Assembly (NCBI GenBank): GCA_009602735.1 | Contig: WELA01001340.1 | Coordinates: 230,757-276,411 of the forward strand | DNA from: Mesotaenium endlicherianum | Lineage: Eukaryota | Length of the DNA: 45,655 bases | Direction: 5' to 3' | In this document: positions 13,401-25,000 of the stretch, piece after piece | Layout: each line of letters opens with the position of its first letter | Position numbering within the stretch: the first letter of the stretch is position 1 | The notes under the pieces: generated by a model | Told to the model about the DNA's origin: nothing | The model's input: the letters and a program-made list of their open reading frames with translations, nothing else | Databases searched by the model: none | Position numbers and translations under genes: made by a program

Positions 13401-14173
13401 GATGGCGACGACAACGACGGCAGCGAGCACGAGACTGACCAGCAGGTAGGTTTCCGGCGGCCCCCCCTTGCGTTCGCCCTCCTCAACAAATCATGATCCT
13501 CCACTCCCGAGCCACATGTTTCCCGAGCCTCTCACTATGAGCCTCCCATCGGAAGTAGGCCGAAGTGTGTGACTCCGAAAGCATGGTGCCGATTGGACAG
13601 AGAGTGGCATCATTGCGGCAAACGCACGGACGTTTGAACGTGTGTGGATTCTGGCACCCCTATTCTACTGCCAAGCGCCTCTTTGGGACGTGATTCTTAT
13701 TATTCTCTTAGTTCCTCTTAGCCTTGCCTATTTCACGTTCCTCTCGGGGCGCAGCTGAGGGGCATGTTCGTGATGGAAGTCCTGTATTGAAGTTAATATA
13801 TATACATGTATGTATATATATACATATACACATGTATGTATATATATACATATACACATGTATGTATATATATACATATACACATATATGTATATGATTG
13901 TTAATGTACTGTCATTGCTTGTGGATTTTTTTTGCGATGTGGCAGGCCAGCAGAGCGCCAGGTGGGCCGAGGCACGTCTTCTCGCGGCTGAACGGGCAGT
14001 CCACTGCCAAGTCAAAGCCGAAGGTCAAGAAGAACGTGTGGCAGCGTACGGACGCGGGACCTGGCCCGGGGTCGGGAGCACAGCAGAAGGAGCAGGGGAA
14101 GAAGGAAGAGCCAGACCCGTTTGCCAGCTCGCACAAGACCAAGAAGAACCAGAGGAGGAAGATCAGGCGCTAA
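10490..14173 (+). CDS. Conserved green-plant protein of unknown function, about 206 aa, with a basic Lys/Arg-rich C-terminus
   Basis: Four phase-consistent exons: 10490-10626 (MKGVKIFDNELESLSADERRALRASRFAQ...PKPPR), 12149-12318 (LAHPGGAIATNKATALARYLKRKLESGEASQLDPHLVELAVRNAQ...), 13360-13445 (TQKRVRHVASFQEDGDD...), 13946-14173 (...KTKKNQRRKIRR*). The motifs ERRALRxSxF, RLAHPGG-xx-TNKA, ELAVxNA and RHVxSF match an uncharacterised plant family as recalled. Confidence 0.85.
11218..11333. repeat. 53-bp tandem repeat, about 2.2 copies, intronic
   Basis: gacttccrgtgctgtacc...tttcagtgtgaagggraccctgaa starts at 11218, 11271 and 11324. Confidence 0.85.
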
Positions 14174-14591
14174 GACTGGCTTGTATAGTATGTTCTTTTT
14201 TTTTCATATTCTTTTTCAAATTCTTGTTTCGCGTTCTTGAGCCAGCTTGCGCATGTACTGGAGGGCACAAAGTGCTATTTAGCGATAGGATTCAATTTCC
14301 TGCATGAGCCAGTCCATTGCGAGGGGCGCGACAACTGTCACTCCCCGGTAGCCCGAGAGCAGCAAGGTGGTCCCTACCTTTTCCCGCCATCTCCTGCCTT
14401 CTATGAGTGCCCTCTTCTCTCGTCCTAGAGTTGGCCTGAAACCGGGATCAGCTTGTTGTTATGTATGAACAGGGGGCCATGCCTGTTCCAGTCTGCTACG
14501 AAAGAGGTTTTCTTTTTTCTTTCTTTCTTTCTCCTTTTTATTCCTCCCTCTTTCTTTCCCCACTCCTTAGTATTTTGTTTCATTTCAAATC

Positions 14592-14727
14592 AACATTGGA
14601 ACCTGCCACTAGGTGCCAGCCGCAAATATCAGCCCTGAGAAAAGTCGTGCAAATACCAAACATTGGAACCTGCCACTTAGTGTCAGCCCCATATCTCAGC
14701 CCTGAGATGGGTCGTGCGAATGCCAAA
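14592..14727. repeat. About 67-bp imperfect direct tandem duplication
   Basis: aacattggaacctgccact...cagccctgaga...gtcgtgc.aat.ccaaa occurs twice with an offset of about 67. Confidence 0.8.
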
Positions 14728-16058
14728 GAACACCCCTCCGGTACATTCTTCTGGCGGTTTTTTGAAAATCTTGGAAAAAATTTCCTCGATCAAGCTGGAG
14801 AGCTGGGAAGCTGATTCTTGTGCAAGTTCTATTACCATAATGTGCGTATACGTTTGTTACGGGTTGCAAACTGCTCGCTGCATGCGAGTAGCATGCCGGA
14901 AGAAGTTGGCCGGCATGATGTCCATGTGTGTTGTTTCTGGAGATGAACAAAGTAATCTCGCTGGCTGGCAAGGGCTCTCCTGGATGGGCTGGAGCCTGCA
15001 TTGAGTCAGCATTTTTTGCAAAGTTTTTTTTAGGGGTGTGTTTGGTCTATCTCGTGAGTTTTTACTCATTCTGGGTGCTGTAGGTGTTATATATGTTCAA
15101 GTTTCTTCCTGTTTGTGGTAATTTTGTCAAGGCATGTTCGCTTGATATTTACATGCATGTTCATCTCAGCTCGATTGTTTTGACACATGTCAGAGATTAA
15201 TAATAGTATATGTTTGTTTTGAAATTGTATCATGCTCTCGACCACCTATGAACATCTTGACAAAAATATCCATCAGCACGATGTGGAATATGCCGCTAGC
15301 TGAACATTCAGCATGTGTGTATATATGACTTATTCTACTTGGCGCTATGGTCATAGGAAGATATAAGCAATTGGTATGAAGCAATTGATATACATATTCA
15401 TAATTTCACATCTCGTTCAACGGCAAGCATGCAAACAAAACGTCTCACGACTACTAAGGAATACTTCATTCACTCGCAAACATAGGACGCAATCAGTACG
15501 CATGCAGTTTGGCAATGAACTATAATGTATAGTGCGACATGATCACAAAATAAAGAAATTAAGAAAATTAAGAAACTCACTTTCCCAAACTCCTTAAGCC
15601 CTTTATTATATAGAATGGTCAAGTACAATGTATGCAGAAAGGACAAGTACTTCCCCACCGCGTGCTCGTCTTTGTTGAAACCTAGATCACTACCTTTTGT
15701 CTCGCTATTTACTTTTTCTATATATTTTTGATTTTTTTTTTGCTAGCTCCTTGCATCTGCGGAACTAATTCTAAAAGAACCCCTTTTTTTCCATTTTTTT
15801 GTCCTTTTTGTTACATCTCTTTTTTTTCTATTTTCTCTCTTCCTGAGCTCTACTTTTGCTGAAGATAATATATCTAGCACACTCGAAGTGCTATATTGCA
15901 GATCAGTCATATAGCTTGATGCCCAACTATGACTTTGACATTGCGATATTCACTGTGTTGTATTCAAAGCCCACAACAAATGGCCTCCTCCTATGCTGCC
16001 ACCTGCATGCAGGCATGCCCGTCTACTGCAGTATAACCGTCTACTTCTTTCCGCCGAG

Positions 16059-18963
16059 TCACGCCTCTTGAGCTGCCACAGCAGCACTCTCTTCTGTGGC
16101 AGCTGCTGCGGGAGCGGGAGCAGTGTCAGCAGCACTATCGTCAGGCGCGCGCGCCCAGGGGGGCCTCCCTCCCCTCCTGTGGTGGTGGCCGGGGGGGGAG
16201 CCGTGGTGGTGCCACGGGTGGTGATGGTGGTGAGGGTGACGGGGATGGTGGGGGTGCTCCACCCGCTCCTGTCCCGCACTTGCACCCGCTCCCGCACTCG
16301 CACTTACACCGGCACCTGCTCCTTCGCTCCGCTTGCCCCCGTCTGCTGCTGCTGCTGCTTGCTTCTCCTCACGACCGGAATGCTGCTGGCAAACACCGCT
16401 ATAATGCCCACCTGTCTTCTTCTCTTCCTCGGCCCATTTTTCAACGACCCAGGGAGGGGGGCTGCCGCGGGGTCCTCCCCTCCCACCCATGGGGCCGAGG
16501 TGATGATGGTGTTCGTGCAGGTGGCGCATCCAGGGGGGGCCACGTGGCCTGCCGCATGTCCATGCCCCCTCCTGCTCCTTGTCACGGCACCCGCAAGGCC
16601 CCCGCATGTGTGGGGCCGAGGGGGGGCCAAGGTGGCGACGCCAGAAGGGCGGGGGACCCCGGCAACACTTCCTGCCGCCGCATGCGCCTCTCTCGCCCTC
16701 GGTGCCGCTGCTCTTGCCGCACCTCATGCTCTGCCACCCGGGCGCTGAGTCGGCACCTACCAGGCATTTCTTAGGCATATCAACAGCCCACCAAGCGTGG
16801 CGCCACGGTGGTCCCCGCTGGTGGCAAGGCCCGCGGTGGCGACAAGTGTCAGCCTCCTGAGGCCCTCCGCCGTGAGCCCACCAGGGCCTTCCCCCTTGGG
16901 GGGGGCCGTGGTGACGGTGGTGACGATGGCGGTGGGGACCGCGCTGTAGCTGCTGCTGTTCCACTGCTGCCGCGTCCTCCTCCCCTTCCCCCTCCTTCCC
17001 CTCGTTCGTCCGGTCCTCCTCCACCGAGAGCTTGCCCACGACAAAAGCCCACCATGGCCCGCCCTTCCGGCAGGGGTTGTCGCCATGGTGGTGGTGGTGG
17101 TGGTGGTGGTGATGGCGGTGCACTCTCTTTCCTTCTGGATTGGAGTCGGAGTTGTCCAGGTGCACTTCACATGCGCCGCCTCCCCATCGTCCAAATCGTC
17201 CCCATGGTCCGCCAGGCCCCCCCCAGGGAGGTCCCCCCTGGTAGCGGTGAGGTGGAGGGCCGTGGTGGTTGTATTGTGGCGGTCCGAAGTGAAGTGGCAT
17301 GGAGTGAGGTGGCCCGCGGTGATGACCCGGGGGGCCGTGGTGAGGTGGCCCGTGATGATGATGTGGCGGGCCGTGACGATGATGATGTTGCGGCCCATGC
17401 TCGCGGGGCCACATAGGTGGGCCCTCTGCCGGCTTCCCCTCCTTGTCAGCATTCTCCTCCATTGCTCTCATGTGGCGCTGCCACTTCTGAAAAGGCCAAA
17501 AAAAGGGACACACAAGTAGGACAGGTCAGAATAAGAACTTCATCCCACGAATGAAGCTTGTGAACAACATAAAGCACCACCCACCTTTTTCTAAGTTTTA
17601 TTGCAGCTGTCAGAAAGAACCAACTCGCTTCCATACACATCAGAAGCAATTATATGTGGCAATTGCAACATCTGTCCACTAGCTATAAAGCACAGAAATG
17701 GTCTATAAACATCATCAAAATATGTAAACTTACAAAATAAATTGAAAACGAAAGAAAACAAAGCATCCAGCAAGGCACGAGCCCAAAGCAGAGCTATAGC
17801 CAACAGTTTCACTTTCAAACCCACAAAATAAAATGACGAGCAAATACTATATGCCTAGATACTCCAAGTGACTTCAACTTACTAGCCCAAATTTAATACA
17901 GCCAATTTCCTACCCAGCATATATGGAAAAACAATATACATCCCCACTCAACTTGACCGACAACAGGTAACATGGGAGTCCCGGGATATGAGAACCAGAC
18001 TCAGTACCTTCTTCCACCAGTGGCCTGGAGGTAGGCCCCACTGGGAAGGGGGTGCTCCACACGTGCACTGTCCCCGATTCTTCCCTTCCTCCTTCTCATC
18101 CTCAGGCTCCTCCTGCTTCCCTTCCACCGTGTCCATCAAAACTTCCTCCTCCTTCTCCTCCTCCTTCTCCTTGCCCTTGCCCTTGCCCTTGACCTTGACC
18201 TTGTCTTCAAGCTGGTGCTGCTCATCTATCTCTTCGCTGCCTCCCTTCTCTTGCAGGTGCAAATCATCCAGAGCTTTGTTAATAGGAGCATCTCCTAGCT
18301 GACTCAGCTGGCAACTAATAGCAGCCCCTCCGGAAGCTTCATCCCCCAGCTTGCCGCCCTCCTCCTCCTCCGAGGTCTCCAGGGCGGGAACTTCAACAAA
18401 GACGTGGAGGGGGTGGAGCTTCTGGGCGAGCAGAGCGTCCTTGAGGTCAGAGTCGCCTGCCAGGGTGATCTCGTCATCCTCGTCATCGAAGTAGGAGAGC
18501 TGCAGGGGGGCACTCTCCGGCAGACTGTAGAGCTGCCTTGCCTTGCCCACCAGATCGCTGTATGCCAGGCTCTCAGCTTTGCCAGGAAACACGACGCGCC
18601 TGATGCCATCTCCATAGTGAAGCTGCTCGCCCCGACACCCACAAATACGCGCCACGTCAATTTCAGTATCAAGTGATCGAGTTCATCCTGCGGGAATCGC
18701 TCTTTGGATGAATATAGGTTTGACGTTGAGGGAATATAATTGAAAAGCATGCTCTAAGGTTTTTAGCGCTATTAATTGTGCTAGAGTGCATACAGTGTGT
18801 ACGATTCACTATATCATGTCGAATAAGATGCTATAATAAAGAGGACGTACTCATAGAGCACTCTTCAACCTAAAATAAGAAGAGATAACAACCGCAAGCT
18901 CCAGAAGGAAGAGATCATGGAGTCATGTCACGGTCTTACCTTTACCACGAAAGTATTCTCCAT
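16059..18963 (-). CDS. PB1-domain protein (NBR1-type PB1) with an acidic linker and a His/Pro/Gly/Trp-rich low-complexity C-terminus, about 688 aa
   Basis: Exons 18963-18940 (MENTFVVK), 18622-18008 (LHYGDGIRRVVFPG...LQLSYFDDEDDEITLAGDSDLKDALLAQKLHPLHVFVEV, then a Glu/Lys-rich linker), 17486-16059 (475 codons plus stop). All junctions are phase-0 GT-AG. The PB1 basic Lys and the acidic OPCA motif are both present. Confidence 0.85.
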
Positions 18964-19923
18964 GATAATGTTGTCTGCGTTTTTGCTCGAGGCAGGTACT
19001 GAATTCGTCTTCAAAGGGTCGCGCGCTACAAATTTATCTGATCAGATAACTGGTATCAATCTATTGATAAGAGTTCGAATGTTTCCAAAACTACTCTATT
19101 GTGTATAAGATATGTGTGTCTTTGGAAGTTGAACCTTGTGTATGATATATATTCTATATGGTGATTACTGACTGCGGATGTTGAAACTTGAAGCTTGAAA
19201 TGATGATGGATGTTCGAGGAAATGGAATATATATGCACCCGTAATCGGCCGCGTTCGCGAATCCTGCCTCCTGGGTTGGCAAGCAGTTAGCTTCGCCCAA
19301 CGAAATCTACAATAAAGTCAGGCAACACTTCGAAATAATCCCGAATAAGGTCAGACGAAAAATAGAATACATGCAATGGCTGGCAAAGAAGCTGACAGCA
19401 TGTCATTTGAAGTCACTTTTAGAGTCTACGTGGAAGCGTGTTTTGAAAAGTAGCTTGTCGATCTCAAGCATTTCGTGACTATATTCTTTTCTTCGCCGTG
19501 CAGAGCATTCTTATTTAGGAATGAATATTGGAACTTCGAGGTTGGCCCGTAACCCGAGCCCCGACGCAAAAAAGAATACTACATGTCTGGGAACATCGAA
19601 ATCTGGGAATCAGGAGAGAAGCGCCCAGAAGTTGCTGAACTGTGCCGAAAGTTATCCAAGATATCTCAACTGTTGCAGCAACATCAAATCCACGAGCCAG
19701 ACTTGGCCGAAAGTGACACGTAAAAAGCTGTTCGAACGACACGTGTAGTCTATCTGAATCAAGTGCACGCAGAATTGTTATTGACGGGGCAGGCTGGGGC
19801 AGGGCATGCAAAAGCAACACTCTCGGTGTCTTGGCCACTTGCAATACAGATAGACTTGTATATATTTATATATCTGTATATAATAGACACACTAGCTAGG
19901 GGAGCGTGCACATTTCTACATAG

Positions 19924-20340
19924 CTACGCAAAACTATATTCAGGAGGAAACGCATTAAGTGGCACGCAAATATTTCCTGAAATGGCACGCAAATGCTCTT
20001 GGTGCGTGTACATGTGTTTAACGTGGCAGGCGAAGTAGCTTCTGAAGGGCTGCCCGAATCGACATCTATATGAATTGTTGGGCACTTGAAAGCCTACTTG
20101 ATGGCCGCCCAAATCCACCTTCATACATAGACTGGGCGGCATGGCAAATATACAGGTTTGAGGGGCTCGCAAAATCCACGCAAAAGCACTTTTAGGGGCA
20201 CGCAAAAGTACTTCCAATGGGGCGCGCAAAATTAGCTATAATTCACAAGGCCACACAAAATGCTCTTCAGAGGGGCACTAAAGAATAGCCCGTTTAGGGG
20301 GGCACCACAGGAAGCTTCTGAGAGGCACGAACAAATGCCC
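19924..20340. repeat. Degenerate array of GG(G)CACGCAAA-like motifs between the divergent PB1 and PIN genes
   Basis: Copies at about 19961, 19984, 20162, 20196, 20220, 20249, 20272, 20298 and 20324; spacing about 23-30 bp in the dense part. Confidence 0.55.
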
Positions 20341-21127
20341 TGCTTAGAGTGAACTTCGAACTTCTATGCTAATCTTAGATTAGTGATGCATTTCAGCGTT
20401 TAATTCTTCTGCATTGAAAGAAGTCATTTGTTGATAACTTGGTACACTGCCTCGCAACTGCGATGCCAGCTGTGCCGTGCCAAGACGTCCTCAACTCTAG
20501 TTCCAGTCAAGCTGTCGACAGAGTTTGATAGTTGATGAGAGAAGGTGCCATACCGATAGTCCAACTTGCAATATTATCGTCGAAGTCAGACTTGAGCGAG
20601 TAGGACGTCCTCTGCATTTATCACTTCTATGTGGTGGCCGTATTTGCTTCCTCGGCCTCGCTTGCAGTGCACAACAGAACTTCGAAAAACGCTTAGAGCC
20701 CACGCATGAAAAGTATGGGGTTGGGCGAGAGGGCCAGACCCAACTCGTGGAAGCCCGTGACTCTCGTGTGGTGGTATACTGCGATCTGTAGCCTGTGATT
20801 CTCGATCAGTGATCTGTGATGTGAGTTCCACAAAAATGTAATTGGCGTATGCGCGACTTTTAAAACGTAGACCTGGGCGCAAAGTGCCTTGCTCCTGATC
20901 GATTTTGAGCAAGCGCCTGGAGCCTTTCTTGGGATGCACCCATTGGAAAGGCAACGTCCGACGCTAATTCTGGAAACATCACACCATTTGGACACCGCAG
21001 TTGTGACACTGCAGTCGTAACATCCGTTACATCAAGCTAGTCAGTCACACGCTGGACACGTGCAAGACGTTGATGCAGAAGGGTGGAGGGCTGAGATCTG
21101 CCATCGGGTACATGCGAGCCAGCAACC

Positions 21128-22025
21128 ATGATAGAGGGTGGAGATGTGTACCGGGTGCTCAGCGCCATGGTGCCCCTCTTTGTAGCTCTGGGTCTAGGGT
21201 TTGGGTCCGTGCGGTGGTGGAACATCCTGACCATTGAGCAGTGTGCTGGCATCAACAAGTTTGTCGCCCTTATTGCCGTTCCCGCCTTAGGTTTTAAGGT
21301 CCGATCCTTCACCCTCGTCCTCCTTCAAATCCTTTCCCTTGGCCCTGCTCCAGACCCTCCTCTGCGCTCTCAATACTTCCTTTTGCCACCTCTGTCTCAT
21401 AAACCCCGAACCCCAAACCCTGCTAAAAATAATGCGCTTCCACCTCCCTCCCCTTCCGAGTGTGCTTCTTTCTCCAGGCCCTTTACTGTTGCCCTACTTT
21501 TACATCGTTCTGGCCAAACCCCAGTTACCCCTGCTTCTTTCAAATTCCTCGCGCTCTTCATGCTGTCAGCTCTAAACCCTAGCAGGGCCTCACCGTTTCA
21601 CAGCTCTGTCTTTGGGTAGGCCTGGGGGAATGGGCTGGGGCGCTTGCTGCTGCCTCGAATGTGTCCAGCATTCATGTGCCAGGTCTTATGGGTAGTATTT
21701 TTATGCGCAGCTCAGCACATGGCAGGAAGTGCCCGTACTGTTCTTTCATGTTGGAGGTTTCGTTGGTCTGATTTCAAGGTCGTTGTTTCACAAGTGGCCG
21801 AAAGAATGAAGCCCTCTTCTGCTAGAAGCGACGTGCACGCGTCTTCCTCGCCCTACTGAGCTACATCATATGAGTAGCAATTGCACCCTGCAAGGTGTTG
21901 CACGTTGCTACCTGCCTTATGATATGTCCTCAACCCTTCTATCAAGGTTCTGCTCTTCACCCTTCTTGACACGTCCTCGCTGGACTTAGGCATCTCCACT
22001 TTCTCAGCGCGCACGCGGCTCGCCC

Positions 22026-22058
<33 letters not shown>

Positions 22059-25000
22059 CGTTTGTGTGTGTGTGGGTGGGTGTGTGTGTGTGCGTGTGTG
22101 TGTTGTGTGGGTGTGTGTGTGTGTGTGTGTGTGTGTTGTACATCATGCATGCCCCCCATACTGCCACTCTCCATTATACCTTTGTCTTATTTTGCCACCT
22201 TCACGTAAATGTATACATGCACACACACACACACGCACACACACACACACACACATACACACACGCATGCATCTGTAATACAATAGTAAGTCAAGTGTAG
22301 AAAAAGCATACGATGCACTTGAGGCTGCACGAGAGAAGCACACTTAAGTAGACTAGGACTATGGCATGTGCCGGGCTGAACTGGTGGGCTGGCGGGCGGC
22401 GGCTCGCCAGATCATTGCGGAGACGAACCTGTACCACATCAACTACCAGTACATCCTGGCCGACCTCGTCAGCAAGCTGCTCATGCTCGCCTTGCTGGCG
22501 CTCTGGGCGCGCTACCTGGCCCCCCGGATGGCCCCCAAGAGCGCGCCACCTGGCTGGGCCTACAACTGGGCCGTCACCACCTTCATGGTCGCCTCGCTGC
22601 CCAACACGCTCATCGTGGGTGAGGCGCGCAAATCCTCCCCACTCCCCCCCCCCNNNNNNNNNNNNNNNNNNNNNNNNNNNNNNNNNNNNNNNNNNNNNNN
22701 NNNNNNNNNNNNNNNNNNNNNNNNNNNNNNNNNNNNNNNNNNNNNNNNNNNNNNNNNNNNNNNNNNNNNNNNNNNNNNNNNNNNNNNNNNNNNNNNNNNN
22801 NNNNNNNNNNNNNNNNNNNNNNNNNNNNNNNNNNNNNNNNNNNNNNNNNNNNNNNNNNNNNNNNNNNNNNNNNNNNNNNNNNNNNNNNNNNNNNNNNNNN
22901 NNNNNNNNNNNNNNNNNNNNNNNNNNNNNNNNNNNNNNNNNNNNNNNNNNNNNNNNNNNNNNNNNNNNNNNNNNNNNNNNNNNNNNNNNNNNNNNNNNNN
23001 NNNNNNNNNNNNNNNNNNNNNNNNNNNNNNNNNNNNNNNNNNNNNNNNNNNNNNNNNNNNNNNNNNNNNNNNNNNNNNNNNNNNNNNNNNNNNNNNNNNN
23101 NNNNNNNNNNNNNNNNNNNNNNNNNNNNNNNNNNNNNNNNNNNNNNNNNNNNNNNNNNNNNNNNNNNNNNNNNNNNNNNNNNNNNNNNNNNNNNNNNNNN
23201 NNNNCCCCATTCGTGCGCCCAACGTGGCCCTCCCCCCACATATTGTTCGAGTTCATGCTAGGGCTCCAGCGTCCCCAGAGTTTCAGGGATAAGGGTTAGG
23301 TTCAAGTTCTACATGAGTTCACGCATGATAAGATCCTCCTACTCCACCACCCCCCCGCCCCTCCCCCCCCTCTTTCCTTCTTCTTTCGTGCCGCGGCCCT
23401 TCCCAGCATCGCTCAAGGGCGCTTGCCATGATTTTAGGATCTGTCCTGTTGACCTGAGCAAGGCGCACGGTCTCACACCAACTCCCTCCCCCCTCTCTGC
23501 TTGGTCCGGCCCTTACCAGCAGCGCTCTAGGGTTTACTCCGGAGCCGGAGGAGATGGCCGGGTTTCGTTGCCAGCGATGCGCCCGTCCTTCTAACCCTTC
23601 CTTGTCCCGCTCCAACCCCTTCCACCGTGCTGCCCTAGGGTTTCTTCCGGAGCACTGGGCCATTGAAATTTGAAATTTGAAATTTGAAATGTGAAAAATT
23701 CAGTGCCTGAGTCGCAGGGCGCAGAGCGCCAACATCCGGGGTGGACGGTAGCGGTGCGGTCGGAAGATTGACGGGGAGCGGGGGGGGGNNNNNNNNNNNN
23801 NNNNNNNNNNNNNNNNNNNNNNNNNNNNNNNNNNNNNNNNNNNNNNNNNNNNNNNNNNNNNNNNNNNNNNNNNNNNNNNNNNNNNNNNNNNNNNNNNNNN
23901 NNNNNNNNNNNNNNNNNNNNNNNNNNNNNNNNNNNNNNNNNNNNNNNNNNNNNNNNNNNNNNNNNNNNNNNNNNNNNNNNNNNNNNNNNNNNNNNNNNNN
24001 NNNNNNNNNNNNNNNNNNNNNNNNNNNNNNNNNNNNNNNNNNNNNNNNNNNNNNNNNNNNNNNNNNNNNNNNNNNNNNNNNNNNNNNNNNNNNNNNNNNN
24101 NNNNNNNNNNNNNNNNNNNNNNNNNNNNNNNNNNNNNNNNNNNNNNNNNNNNNNNCCCCTCCCTCCCCACTTTCCCTCCCCTTTCTCTCCTTACCATTGC
24201 TCTTGTGCTCTGACTAGGGCGCCCTGTCATGCTCCTCGTGAAGGGTACTGGTGCTGAGTGCCGTCCGCTTTGCTGCGGAGCTCCTGTGTGTTGAGAGCGA
24301 TCTCAATTTGCCGAATGGAATACTTGGCTTGCAAGTGTTTTGATATTATGGCAGGGTCTTTCTTGTCATGCATCATCATCGCCAAAAAGTGCAGGTTGGT
24401 GTCATGTCGGTCCTCAATTGTTGGGGCACGTTGCCAGCTGGCAGCGTACCCTTTCCTCGGCCTCTCAGACTCTCCAACCCTCGGGCCTCTTAACCATTCA
24501 CGCCTGCTGGCCCTGGGCCCCACTGCCAATCCTAACCCTAATGTAGGAGTTGCTGTTGAGGCATTCAGACAGTTGTCACGAGTAATCCTTGCCCCTGGCT
24601 GATGCTGCCACGTGGCCACGTGCAATTCTGCGACAGGTGGCAGTCTGGTACCTGTTCCTGATTGCCCTGTTCGACCTGCGAGCGGCGCATCAGCACAGCT
24701 TCCGCATCGTGAGCATGCGCCACCTGTCATCGCTTCCACGCGTCAACGGCGCAGGCCCAAGGTCGGCCGCGCTGCCGCCACCTGGCACTGTTTCGCCTGT
24801 CGATCGCCTGGCCCCGAGGAGCGGGGAAGATTTGACATTGCAAGGACAGGAGGGACAGGAGGGACAGGGTGGACAGGAGGGGCAGGAGGGCCAGAAGGGG
24901 CAGGCAGCGATAGCCGTCAAAGTCAGCACCAGCTCAGGGGATGCGGGTTCTCCCCACCTTCGAAGTAATCTCTTCCTCTCTTGTGTAACTACTTCGTGAA

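Noticed and set aside
15993..17519. Long plus-strand ORFs opposite the His-rich exon
   Set aside because: Antisense shadows of a GC-rich coding exon.
18008..18963. Calling the PB1 gene NBR1, or an ARF/Aux-IAA
   Set aside because: No ZZ, FW or UBA domains, no B3 domain or degron, and no GDVPW-type ARF/IAA PB1 signature.
24355..24394. AG...GT-bounded segment as the missing PIN exon
   Set aside because: No frame resembles the expected GxPLLxxMYG...QxVVLQ; the exon is more likely inside an N gap.
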